Source: an uncultured Bacteroidota bacterium | GTDB taxonomy: Bacteria; Bacteroidota; Bacteroidia; Flavobacteriales_D; Sanyastnellaceae | NCBI GenBank assembly: GCA_903932685.1 | Contig: CAIZGX010000058.1 | Location: 634-64,633, forward strand | Direction: 5' to 3' | DNA: 64,000 nt | Shown here: positions 19,646 through 28,802 of the stretch, one piece after another | Layout of the letters: every line of letters begins with the position of its first letter | How positions within the stretch are numbered: position 1 is the stretch's first letter | Notes under the pieces: generated by a model | The model's input: only the letters and a program-made list of their open reading frames with translations | Told to the model about the DNA's origin: nothing | Databases searched by the model: none | Position numbers and translations under genes: made by a program

Positions 19646-19771
19646 AATGTCTGCGACTAATGTGCAAGCACGAATGCCGATGGCTAATGTCTACGACGAA
19701 TGTCTGCGACTAATGTGCAAGCACGAATGCCGTTGGCGAATGTCTTTCAGACTATACGTCTTTTGACGAAT
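19646..19771. repeat. Mini-hairpin array, sibling type (G...C hairpins, TAAT/GAAT linker), 9 units
   Basis: GTCtgcGAC TAAT GTGCaaGCAC GAAT GCCgatGGC TAAT GTCtacGAC GAAT GTCtgcGAC TAAT GTGCaaGCAC GAAT GCCgttGGC GAAT GTCTttcAGAC TATAC GTCttttGAC GAAT. Confidence 0.88.
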
Positions 19772-19825
19772 AATGCATAACTCATTTGGAAGCTTCAGTG
19801 TGGTATGTATATATTTATTTATTGA

Positions 19826-20488
19826 ATGAAAAACACTTTTCTCTTTATGTCGCTGATGCTTTTTTCCACATTCGGATTTGCGCAGGACACCCTTCAAACA
19901 CCTTTGGAATTCGTTCAGGAAATGCCAACATACCCTGGAGGGCAAGATGCTATGTTTGAAGTGATCTTTGATCACTTAGTCTACCCAGAATATGAGAAAT
20001 CGATGAACATTGAGGGCACCGTTTTAATTCAATTTATTATTGAAAAAGATGGTACACCAACGAACTTCAAGGTTTTTCGTGGTGTTACGGATGGCTCGGG
20101 ATTGGACAGTGCGGCGCTTATGGCATGTAAACAACTGGGGAAGTTTAACCCGGGAAAACAGGACGATATTCCTCAACGAGTTTATTCTGGAATGCCAATA
20201 AAGTTTTCTTTGGCCGACGACGAAGAGCCAACGGAGGAAAGATTGAGTAAAGCAGATTTGAAAGAGATAAAAAAAGATGCGAAATACATCTGCGATATGA
20301 TGTCTCAAATAGAGGAAGCGCGAAGAGCCAACGACCAACTTAAAATTGATAGTTTAACTGCAGAGTTTGACGCAGTAGCAGCAGTCCTTCAAAAGAAATA
20401 CCCTAAAAACAGCGTTAGAGAAGATTATCTCGAAGACCTAGTTAAACCTTGCCTTGAAGAAGCCAGGAAAGCCGCAATGGGGCAGTAG
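19826..20488 (+). CDS. Periplasmic TonB C-terminal domain protein with one helical Cys-pair C-terminal domain
   Basis: Signal peptide; MPTYPGG...YPEYEK..IEGTV.IQFIIEKDG...FNPGKQ TonB_C pattern. Confidence 0.85.
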   Translation: MKNTFLFMSLMLFSTFGFAQDTLQTPLEFVQEMPTYPGGQDAMFEVIFDHLVYPEYEKSMNIEGTVLIQFIIEKDGTPTNFKVFRGVTDGSGLDSAALMACKQLGKFNPGKQDDIPQRVYSGMPIKFSLADDEEPTEERLSKADLKEIKKDAKYICDMMSQIEEARRANDQLKIDSLTAEFDAVAAVLQKKYPKNSVREDYLEDLVKPCLEEARKAAMGQ

Positions 20489-20509
20489 TTCTTTTCAAAA
20501 AAAAAACAT

Positions 20510-21457
20510 ATGATTAAAAGGACTTTTCTGTTTGTTGCTTTTGTAGCGATTCAAATGCTTTCCGCTGCGCAGGCCGACACCGCAATGTTTCCGCTTCCAA
20601 AGGATTATCCAAAATATCCAGCAGGAAAAGAAGCCTTGAATGCCTTCATTCAACAAAACATCGTCTACCCCGAATACGAAAAATCAATGGGCATTGAAGG
20701 GACGGTAGTTGTTTACTGCGATGTAGAATTAGATGGTACACTGAGTAATTTTAGAATAGGGTCAACAGTTGAAGGTTCGGTTGGGTTTGATGCCGAGGCC
20801 ATTCGTGTCTGTCAGAAATTAGGCAAGTTTACTCCGTGCATGCGAAACGGTAAGCCACTTTGCTTCATAATTGATATCGATGTGAAATTCGATTTGAATA
20901 ATGGAGACGAGATGGAAATGGCCATAGCGAAATTGAGCAATCAGGAGTTAAAGGAAATTGAGAAAGATGCAAAATGGTTTTGTGATTATTTAGCGAAAAC
21001 TACAGAGCCCCGAAGAGTTGGCGATGAAGATAAATTAGCGAAATTAACGAGCAAGTATCAGAAAGAATTAGATGTTTTAGAAGATAAATACCCAGGGAAA
21101 AGCCCGAAGAGCGTTCAATTTGAAAGATTGACCAAGCCCTGCATGGATGACATGTTCAAAAGAATGGGCATCGTGGATACCGACGGTGATGGTCTCTTTA
21201 CAAAAGAAGAAGCAGAATTGACTGCAAAGGAGCTTAAGCAAATAGAGAAAGATGCGAAGTATTTCTGCTCCTTGTTTAACGAAACAATAAGTGCGAAATT
21301 TAATGGCGATACGAAAAAAGTCGAAAGACTAAAAAAAGACTTAGAAATGAAGACCGCTGCGTTGCAAAAGAAATATCCAAAGGGTAGTAAAGCGGAAAAA
21401 AAGTTTGAAGACCTAGTCTTGCCCTGCCTCAAAGAGGCGATGAATCGCTCAAAATAA
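20510..21457 (+). CDS. Periplasmic TonB C-terminal domain protein with two helical Cys-pair repeats and an EF-hand-like loop
   Basis: Signal peptide; YPEYEKSMGIEGTVVV...DG TonB_C; paralog of the upstream gene; DTDGDGLFTKEE between the repeats. Confidence 0.85.
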   Translation: MIKRTFLFVAFVAIQMLSAAQADTAMFPLPKDYPKYPAGKEALNAFIQQNIVYPEYEKSMGIEGTVVVYCDVELDGTLSNFRIGSTVEGSVGFDAEAIRVCQKLGKFTPCMRNGKPLCFIIDIDVKFDLNNGDEMEMAIAKLSNQELKEIEKDAKWFCDYLAKTTEPRRVGDEDKLAKLTSKYQKELDVLEDKYPGKSPKSVQFERLTKPCMDDMFKRMGIVDTDGDGLFTKEEAELTAKELKQIEKDAKYFCSLFNETISAKFNGDTKKVERLKKDLEMKTAALQKKYPKGSKAEKKFEDLVLPCLKEAMNRSK

Positions 21458-21475
21458 ATAAATAATCGCTTTCAT

Positions 21476-21591
21476 TCATCCTTCAAAGAAGGTCATCACG
21501 AAGTGTCATCACAATGTGTTGTGTCATCACGACCTGTCGTGTCATCGGCTACGCCGTCATCCAGCTTCGCTGGTAATCACAACTTGTTGTG
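21476..21591. repeat. TCAT-linked mini-hairpin array, 7 units
   Basis: tcat CCTTCaaaGAAGG tcat CACgaaGTG tcat CACAAtgtgTTGTG tcat CACGACctGTCGTG tcat CGGCtacGCCG tcat CCAGCttcGCTGG taat CACAACttGTTGTG. Confidence 0.92.
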
Positions 21592-21594
21592 TAG

Positions 21595-23847
21595 TTATTC
21601 AATAACTATTTCATCACAAAACAACCAACTCGGTTCGCCTACGGCGTCGTGCCATTCCGGACATGGGCCGTTGTTTACTCCAATGACCTTGATGTATCGG
21701 GCCAATTGAACTTGACCTATACCGTGGCTGAATTGATCAATAAGCTCTCCTGAAGTTTGCTCTTCAATGTTCGGATTTATCGTAGCCACTTTGTCCCATA
21801 AATTTCCGTCGAAGCTCTTGTAAATCTCCACGGCTTTCGGACGGAAGATCCACGCATTCGCGTAATGAAACCAGCGCGTGGTCACATGCTCGAACGGCTT
21901 CACATCGCCCAAGTCAATCACCACTTCCATGTTCTTGCCTTGAACGCCTTGCCAAATACCGTCTCTGAAATTCGCAGTGCCAATTCTTCCATCGACCAAT
22001 GCGTTCTCACCACCACCCGGATAATACACACTCGGCGTATAGGCAAGCGTTACCTTTTTACCTGTCGCCATGTTCGAAGTGTATACGCGTGATTCGTAGA
22101 AAACTCCTGTGCTCCAAGGAAAGTAATATTCAAAGTTTAGCGTGGTGTAGCGTTCACTTACAATGATAGGTTTGGTGTAGGTTTGTCTGGTTTCTTCTTC
22201 GTTTTTTCTGTAGTTAACAATGATTAAACTGTTCGTACTTGTCACTGCTCGAACCTCAACCTCACCAGTAGGCAATACCTGTGAACGGAAATTCAAAGGG
22301 ACGTCTGGAAATCCGTATTTAATGTTCAACTTAACCAAGCGTTCGTAGTTCTTATAAACCCGAGCAGCAAAGGCTTCGTAATCGCGTTTCTTAGGTGCTG
22401 TCCACAAGACTTCACTCAACGCCAACAACCTTGGAAATACTTTGCTATCGACAAGCTCTTGCGGTGCTCTTTCGGTCCACATATTTCCTTCCGCACCGCG
22501 AATGTATTTTCCTTCTTCCGGGCTTAACTCAGCAGGCATTGGATTGAAGCTGTAGACCTTTTCCATGTTAATGTTATCGAGGCCGTAGTCTAAATAACAA
22601 TGCGAGGTCGGACTCATAACCACACCGTGCTTTTGCTTCGCTGCGGCAATTCCTCCTTCCATGCCTCGCCAGCTCTGAATCATAGCGTCTGCAGGAATTC
22701 CTCCTTCCAGAATTTCATCCCATCCAATAATCTGTCTTCCTTTCGTGTTGAGGTACTTCGCCATTTCTTCAATGAGCCACGTCTGCAACTGCGCTTCGTT
22801 TTTCAATCCGTGATCATGAATCCTCTTCTGACATTTATCGCAATGCTCCCAACGGAATTTCGGTGCTTCGTCTCCGCCAATGTGAATGTACTTACTCGGG
22901 AAAAGTGCGCAGACTTCGTCCATCACGTCTTTCAAAAACTGAACAGTGCTGTCGTTCCCTGCGCAATAAATGTCCTTGAACACGCCCCATTCCGTTTCAA
23001 CAGGAATACTCTCTCCTGTGCAGCTGAGCCACGGATAAGCACTAATAGCAGCCACCGAATGACCGGGCATTTCTATTTCCGGAATAATGGTAATGTGCCT
23101 GGCCTGAGCATAGGCAACAATGTCTTTGATTTGCTCTTGCGTGTAATAGCCTTCGCTCACATGATTCCCGAATTTATCCATTCGATAAGAACCAAGACGT
23201 GCAAGCTCTGGATATTTTTTTATTTCAATGCGCCAGCCTTGGTCTTCAGTTAAGTGCCAATGCAAGACATTCATTTTGTAAAACGCCAAAGCGTCTATGT
23301 ACTTCTTCACGGTAGGGACATCCATGAAATGTCTTCCGCAGTCGAGCAGCATTCCGCGATGCGGATAAACTGGCGCATCTGAAATGTCCATGCTTGGAAT
23401 TTCAAATTCAGCGAACGTTTCGTTCGTCTTGAAATACTTCGGTAACAATTGCTTCAAAGTCTGCATGCCCCGTGAAATGCCTTCTTCCGTGGCCGATGTT
23501 AAACGGATTTCATTTTCGCGAACGGTTAAATAGTAGGCTTCGGTATTGGAAGGAATGTTTTTCGTGAGTTGGAAAATGACTTTTTTGGGTTGACGTTTTT
23601 CCTCGCCTTGGTTGGAAACTTCAATAACCAAATCGGGTTCGTTCTCCTTCAGCCACGAATTGAAAAGTTCAACTTCTTGCTGACACATTCCAAGCCCTTC
23701 TGCTTGTGTGCCTGCCGTACATAGAAATCCTTTTCCGTGAACATACGCAATGCTAGTCGGCATTGGAATTAGGGTTTCTACTTGCGCGAACGTTGAAATG
23801 CCTTTCAACATAAATACAACAAGAAGTGATTTGAAAATAGGTTTCAT
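21595..23847 (-). CDS. Beta-N-acetylhexosaminidase (GH20) with C-terminal F5/8-type-C-like domain
   Basis: RGMLLDCGRHF, HWHLTEDQGWR, PEIEMPGH, HIGGDE, WTE motifs. Confidence 0.95.
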   Translation of the reverse strand: MKPIFKSLLVVFMLKGISTFAQVETLIPMPTSIAYVHGKGFLCTAGTQAEGLGMCQQEVELFNSWLKENEPDLVIEVSNQGEEKRQPKKVIFQLTKNIPSNTEAYYLTVRENEIRLTSATEEGISRGMQTLKQLLPKYFKTNETFAEFEIPSMDISDAPVYPHRGMLLDCGRHFMDVPTVKKYIDALAFYKMNVLHWHLTEDQGWRIEIKKYPELARLGSYRMDKFGNHVSEGYYTQEQIKDIVAYAQARHITIIPEIEMPGHSVAAISAYPWLSCTGESIPVETEWGVFKDIYCAGNDSTVQFLKDVMDEVCALFPSKYIHIGGDEAPKFRWEHCDKCQKRIHDHGLKNEAQLQTWLIEEMAKYLNTKGRQIIGWDEILEGGIPADAMIQSWRGMEGGIAAAKQKHGVVMSPTSHCYLDYGLDNINMEKVYSFNPMPAELSPEEGKYIRGAEGNMWTERAPQELVDSKVFPRLLALSEVLWTAPKKRDYEAFAARVYKNYERLVKLNIKYGFPDVPLNFRSQVLPTGEVEVRAVTSTNSLIIVNYRKNEEETRQTYTKPIIVSERYTTLNFEYYFPWSTGVFYESRVYTSNMATGKKVTLAYTPSVYYPGGGENALVDGRIGTANFRDGIWQGVQGKNMEVVIDLGDVKPFEHVTTRWFHYANAWIFRPKAVEIYKSFDGNLWDKVATINPNIEEQTSGELIDQFSHGIGQVQLARYIKVIGVNNGPCPEWHDAVGEPSWLFCDEIVIE

Positions 23848-23856
23848 AAAAGAAGT

Positions 23857-24540
23857 TTATCGTTCGAAATATTCATGCGCTGCAACAATTGCTTTCAGCG
23901 CTGCGGTTTCAGTTCTTAATCGGTTTGTCCCCAAGGAAAGGGCAGGAGCATCGTTCGCCAATGCAATTTCATTTTTCGAAAAGTCTCCTTCCGGTCCAAT
24001 GAAAATAGATAGGCTCGCATGCTTTTCTTTCCATGTTGAAAGTTGAATCTTCGGGCCGTCTTCGCAGTGCGCAAGCAATTTCATTCCAGCTGCATTTTTC
24101 CATGCATCTTGAAATTTCACATCGAAATGCAATTCGGGTAATGAATATTGAAGGCTCTGCTTCAAAGCGGAAATGGCCACGCGCTCAATGCGCTCGGGTT
24201 TCATGCGAACACGTTCCGAGTGTTCGCAAACCAAAAAGGTTATGCTTCGAATGCCTATTTCAACGGCCTTTTCAACCAGCCATTCAATGCGATCGGCATT
24301 CTTCGTGGGGGCTACAAAAAGGTGTAAATGGGGATTCGTGTTTTCAATGGTTTTTCTCGAAAGCGTTGTTAACGTGCAATGCTTGTCGACCTTGTCTAGA
24401 GCGGCTTCTATGCGTTCGCCCTTGCCGTTGGTGAAGGTCAATTTCTCCCCTTCATGCAGGCGCAAAACTTTAATGTGACGGCTTTCTTCTTCGTTCAATT
24501 TCCAACTGCCGTCTTGTATTTCAGATGAAAAGAATAACAT
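23857..24540 (-). CDS. rsmE: 16S rRNA m3U1498 methyltransferase
   Basis: HIKVLR, EKAVEIG, IGPEGDFS, LGTNRLRTETA. Confidence 0.95.
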   Translation of the reverse strand: MLFFSSEIQDGSWKLNEEESRHIKVLRLHEGEKLTFTNGKGERIEAALDKVDKHCTLTTLSRKTIENTNPHLHLFVAPTKNADRIEWLVEKAVEIGIRSITFLVCEHSERVRMKPERIERVAISALKQSLQYSLPELHFDVKFQDAWKNAAGMKLLAHCEDGPKIQLSTWKEKHASLSIFIGPEGDFSKNEIALANDAPALSLGTNRLRTETAALKAIVAAHEYFER

Positions 24541-24602
24541 TGGAGCAAGTTAAGAAGGAAGCCGACAGGAATTGCCTAATTTTGCCGAGCAAATTTATTT
24601 CT

Positions 24603-25802
24603 ATGCCAAACATTTCATCGAAAGCGGTGGCTATGCCATCTTCTCCAATTCGCAAGCTGGTACCTTTTTCAGAGGCCGCTAAAGCTGCGGGAAAGACTGT
24701 TTATCACTTGAACATTGGTCAGCCCGACATTGAAACGCCAGAGATTGTGCGTGAGAAAATGAAGGCGCTTGACATTAAGGTTATTGAATACAGCAATTCA
24801 GACGGAATTGGTTCATACAAGAAAGGTTTAACGGGCTATTACGCTTCGAAGGATATTACCCTAACTCCGCAACAACTCATGATCACCACAGGTGGTTCAG
24901 AGGCATTGATTTTCACGTTCATGACGTGCATGAATCCAGGAGACGAAGTAATTATACCAGAACCGTTCTACGCGAACTACAACGGATTCGCGGTAATGGC
25001 CGGAGTGAACGTGGTTCCTGTTACTTCATACATTGAAACTGGATTCGCACTTCCTCCAATTTCTTCTTTTGAAGAAAAAATTACTCCGAATACGAAAGCG
25101 ATTTTGATTTGCAATCCTGGCAATCCAACCGGATATTTATATTCGAAGGAAGAGCTTGAGCAATTGCGCGATTTGGTTATTAAGCACGATTTGTTCTTGA
25201 TTGCAGATGAGGTTTATCGCGAGTTCATGTATGACGGAGCCGTTCCGCATTCAGTTATGAATTTGGAAGGGCTAGACAATCACGCCATCATGATTGACAG
25301 CGTGAGCAAGCGTTACAGCATGTGCGGTGCGCGCATTGGTGCACTCGTTACCCGCAACGCAGAGGTCATGGCCATGGCCATGAAGTTCGCGCAAGCAAGA
25401 CTTTCACCACCAACATTCGGACAGATTGCTTCAGAAGCGGCTTTGGATACTCCGCAAGAATATTTCGATGGAGTAGTTGCAGAGTACGTGAAGCGCAGAG
25501 ATATTTTAGTGAGCGGATTGAACGCCATTCCTGGCGTTATGTGTCCAAATCCAAAGGGTGCATTTTATTGCATTGCTCGTCTTCCAATTGACAACGCAGA
25601 TAAATTCTGCCAATGGATGTTGGAAGATTTTTCACACAACAATCAAACAGTGATGATGGCTCCAGCAACTGGATTCTACGCTACACCAGGGGCTGGAACC
25701 AATGAAGTGCGCTTGGCTTATGTGTTGAATGAAGATGCGCTTCGCAATGCGGTTGAATGTTTGAAAGTGGCTCTTGAGCAGTATCCGGGAAGAACGCACT
25801 AA
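24603..25802 (+). CDS. Class I/II PLP-dependent aminotransferase (aspartate aminotransferase-like)
   Basis: LNIGQPD, TTGGSEA, NPGNPTG, ADEVY, SVSKRYSMCGARIG; start at MPNISS. Confidence 0.93.
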   Translation: MPNISSKAVAMPSSPIRKLVPFSEAAKAAGKTVYHLNIGQPDIETPEIVREKMKALDIKVIEYSNSDGIGSYKKGLTGYYASKDITLTPQQLMITTGGSEALIFTFMTCMNPGDEVIIPEPFYANYNGFAVMAGVNVVPVTSYIETGFALPPISSFEEKITPNTKAILICNPGNPTGYLYSKEELEQLRDLVIKHDLFLIADEVYREFMYDGAVPHSVMNLEGLDNHAIMIDSVSKRYSMCGARIGALVTRNAEVMAMAMKFAQARLSPPTFGQIASEAALDTPQEYFDGVVAEYVKRRDILVSGLNAIPGVMCPNPKGAFYCIARLPIDNADKFCQWMLEDFSHNNQTVMMAPATGFYATPGAGTNEVRLAYVLNEDALRNAVECLKVALEQYPGRTH

Positions 25803-25819
25803 ACAGAAATTGATACCAT

Positions 25820-25850
25820 AAAAAAAGGTGTTCATCTGAACACCTTTTTT
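25820..25850. terminator. Bidirectional intrinsic terminator
   Basis: AAAAAAAGGTGTTCA-tc-TGAACACCTTTTTT between convergent genes. Confidence 0.85.
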
Positions 25851-25853
25851 GTT

Positions 25854-27830
25854 TTAAAGAACTCTGAAAACCGTTCTTCTGTTTTTTGCTTTTCCTTCCG
25901 GAGTGGCATTCGAATCAATCGGTTGGGTTTCGCCGTATCCTTCCGATTCAATGCGCGTTGCGGCAATGCCTTTCGACTCTAAATATGTTTTAACGCTGAG
26001 GGCTCTAGCTTGAGAAAGTTTCAAGTTGGCCGATTCATCGCCGTCGCTATCGGTGTGTCCTTCAATACGAATACGCATGGTTTGATTTTTCACAAGAAGC
26101 TCGATCAACTTGGCTAATTCAATGTGCGATTCAGTTTCTAAATTCGAACTGTTGGTTTTGAAGAAAATGTTTTCAAGCACAATAGATGCACCTGAATCCA
26201 TTTTCTGTAATGGCGCATCTTTGCGATACGGTCTAGATGGAGTGAAATCGCGCAACGAGAAATTTGAAGAATAGAAGAGGTAACTGTTCGCGCTAACATT
26301 CAATGCGTAGTCGTTTCCTGCTGGAAGACAAACCAAGAAGTAACCGTCTCTGCTTTTGTTAGAAAACGTTTCAGCTACGATTTCTCCGTTGCTCAAATTC
26401 AACAATTGTAATTTTCCGTCTAACGGTGCATTCGTTTTGCTGTCGAACACAAACCCTTCCACATAACTCACATAGCGAGGTCTTACGCTTTCAGGTAACT
26501 CGAAAGAGTAAAGATCCAATCCGCCTTTTCCGCCTTCGCGGTTACTTGCCATGAGCGCAATGTCTCCTTGTGCGGTAACTTGAATGGAGTTCTCATTCGC
26601 TGCGGTGTTGATCGGATATCCCAAATTCACAGGCTTACTCCATGATCCGTCTTGTTGCAAGCGACTTACGAAAATGTCTAGTCCGCCCATGCCCGGATGT
26701 CCGTCTGAAGAGAAGTACAGAGTCTGTCCATCTGGATGAACGAACACGCTTTCTTCTCTTCCTTTGGTGTTAATGAATCCGGGAACCTTCGCTGGTTCGC
26801 TCCATTCGCCGGCTTCGTTGATTTGACTGAAGTAAATATTCGGATCTTCCACGGCTCCGCCTTTTCCTTTCTTTCCTCGAATGAAATACAACGTTGCACC
26901 ATCGGCAGTTAAGCTCGGTTGTGTTTCCCAATAACTTGAATTGATTCCAACTCCGAAGTTTTCAGCAGCGGTCCATCCGTTTGCCGTGCGAAGCGAATAA
27001 AACAAATCGCAACTTCCAAGACCGGTGAGGGTTTCGCCGTATTCATATCCAGGAAGTTCGCAGGCGGTGAACACGATTGTTTGTCCGTCGGCGCTTAATG
27101 TTGGCGCCCCTTCGTTGTAGAGTGTGTTGATTGATTTTACGGGAAGAGATGCGTTCCAACCTTCATTGAAGTTTTTCGTTTCCGTTCTTTCACTCATGAA
27201 GAAGTCTTCGTGTTTGCCTTCGAATGCACGCTTGTCGTTTAATAATCGTGTGAACAGAAGTGTCTTCGTGTCGGCTGTGATGCAGGGAAAGTATTCGTCG
27301 TTTTCGGTGTTGATTTTATCTCCGAGGTTAATGGGGTTGAAGGGTACGGGATATTTGATGCTTTGCTTGGAGAAGACACAACTTTCAAGAATGAGCTGCG
27401 CGCGGTAATGCACGTTTGGGTTGGGCTTTGGCATCTTCGTGTATGTGGTTATCGCTTGCTCGGCTTTGTCGTATTCGGCAACACTGAAATAGCATTCGCC
27501 CAACATGTAATAGCCCATGGGGAAAATGGTAGCGTTGATCGAAAGTCCTTTCTCGAGCGGAGCTATTGCTTTCTGCATTTCATTTTTTTCTGCGTAGATC
27601 TGTCCCATGAGAAAATATGCTTCAGCGAATTGATCTTCACTTTGAAGCAAGTCTTCAAGAATAACAAGCGCGAGGCTGGAATTGTATTGTCCGTATGCCG
27701 TAATGGCTTCTTCGTATTTCGAAATGGCGCGCTTGTTTTTAATGCTGTATTCCTTGTGCGGCTGGGCCAAGCATGAATTCAACATAAATAGGAATGTCAA
27801 AGAAACAAGCGAAGTAATAATTCTATTCAT
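25854..27830 (-). CDS. TPR-PD40-OmpA family protein (PorE-like)
   Basis: N-terminal TPRs, WD40-like repeats (PSLTADG, LYFSSDGHPGMGGLDIF), OmpA domain IEGHTD...LSQARA...NRRTVF. Confidence 0.92.
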   Translation of the reverse strand: MNRIITSLVSLTFLFMLNSCLAQPHKEYSIKNKRAISKYEEAITAYGQYNSSLALVILEDLLQSEDQFAEAYFLMGQIYAEKNEMQKAIAPLEKGLSINATIFPMGYYMLGECYFSVAEYDKAEQAITTYTKMPKPNPNVHYRAQLILESCVFSKQSIKYPVPFNPINLGDKINTENDEYFPCITADTKTLLFTRLLNDKRAFEGKHEDFFMSERTETKNFNEGWNASLPVKSINTLYNEGAPTLSADGQTIVFTACELPGYEYGETLTGLGSCDLFYSLRTANGWTAAENFGVGINSSYWETQPSLTADGATLYFIRGKKGKGGAVEDPNIYFSQINEAGEWSEPAKVPGFINTKGREESVFVHPDGQTLYFSSDGHPGMGGLDIFVSRLQQDGSWSKPVNLGYPINTAANENSIQVTAQGDIALMASNREGGKGGLDLYSFELPESVRPRYVSYVEGFVFDSKTNAPLDGKLQLLNLSNGEIVAETFSNKSRDGYFLVCLPAGNDYALNVSANSYLFYSSNFSLRDFTPSRPYRKDAPLQKMDSGASIVLENIFFKTNSSNLETESHIELAKLIELLVKNQTMRIRIEGHTDSDGDESANLKLSQARALSVKTYLESKGIAATRIESEGYGETQPIDSNATPEGKAKNRRTVFRVL

Positions 27831-27914
27831 AATCGTTTTGAGCGTTCTGTTCGTTGTTACGAAATTCTTTGAATTAATGGGTTAACCGCAGTTGGTTCGA
27901 ATTATTTTTGAACA

Positions 27915-28433
27915 ATGCAAATTGTTTTACTTTCCGACACGCACGGTTACTTCGACGACCGATTACAAGAACACTGCCGAAATGCCGATGAGATTTGGCA
28001 TGCGGGAGACATTGGGTCGGAAGAGATCGTGACTCAATTGGAATCGATGGGGAAGGTCACTCGAATTGTCTATGGAAATATCGACGATGCGCGTGTTCGT
28101 TCCATGACGAAAGAAGACTTGATTTTCGAAGTAGATGGGGTGCGTGTTTTTATGACGCACATTGGTGGAAGGCCGCCGTCTTATCCGGCGCGTGTTTCGA
28201 AAATAATTCAAGATGAAAAAATAGATGTGTTCATTTGCGGACACTCGCACATTTGTTTAGCAGGAAAAAATCAGAGACAGGGAAATCTTCACCTCAATCC
28301 TGGAGCCGCTGGTACGCATGGCTTTCACAAGGTGCGCACGCTCATGCGTTTTCAAATTCAAAAAGGAAAAATCACGAATTTGGAAGTGGTGGAATTGGGT
28401 CCACGTGCGGTTCGAATCTCAGACGAGATTTAA
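27915..28433 (+). CDS. Metallophosphoesterase (YfcE/MJ0936 family)
   Basis: SDTH, HAGD, GNID, GHSH, NPG motifs. Confidence 0.92.
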   Translation: MQIVLLSDTHGYFDDRLQEHCRNADEIWHAGDIGSEEIVTQLESMGKVTRIVYGNIDDARVRSMTKEDLIFEVDGVRVFMTHIGGRPPSYPARVSKIIQDEKIDVFICGHSHICLAGKNQRQGNLHLNPGAAGTHGFHKVRTLMRFQIQKGKITNLEVVELGPRAVRISDEI

Positions 28434-28720
28434 TTTTTTATTTTGAAGACGTACACGTCTTCGTTCGGCTTCTTCATGAAATATTCTTCACGCGCCAATT
28501 TTTCGAGTTCGAAGTTTTTCGCGTTAATCGCTTGAAGTTGTTCCTTGGCGCGTTGATTTTCTTTTTCAACTTGAACGGCTTGGTCGCGCAGTTTGTGCAA
28601 CTCCCAACGAGATGAGATAATGAAAGGAATGTCGATGTTGTTTATGAAAAGATTGTAAACCACGAACAAGGCTAGGGTGAGTAGGTAGCGATTTTTGAAG
28701 ACGAGCAAGATCTTTTTCAT
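28430..28720 (-). CDS. Septum formation initiator (FtsB/DivIC family)
   Basis: TM helix, coiled coil, LEKLAREEYFMKKPNEDVY. Confidence 0.85.
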   Translation of the reverse strand: MKKILLVFKNRYLLTLALFVVYNLFINNIDIPFIISSRWELHKLRDQAVQVEKENQRAKEQLQAINAKNFELEKLAREEYFMKKPNEDVYVFKIKN

Positions 28721-28802
28721 GAGTCTAATTTCGTGAATTTGTTGGAATCATTCGCATTCAATTCGGCATGTTTCACACAGGACGGTGTTATTTTAGCGGC
28801 CC

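Noticed and set aside
21476..21591. Arrays as ordinary rho-independent terminators
   Set aside because: Stems are only 3-6 bp with no U tracts, and two of the arrays lie between divergent genes where no terminator is needed.
22600..23253. 217-aa plus-strand ORF
   Set aside because: Antisense shadow entirely within the GH20 gene with no recognisable motif; the same applies to the many other short nested ORFs in the track.
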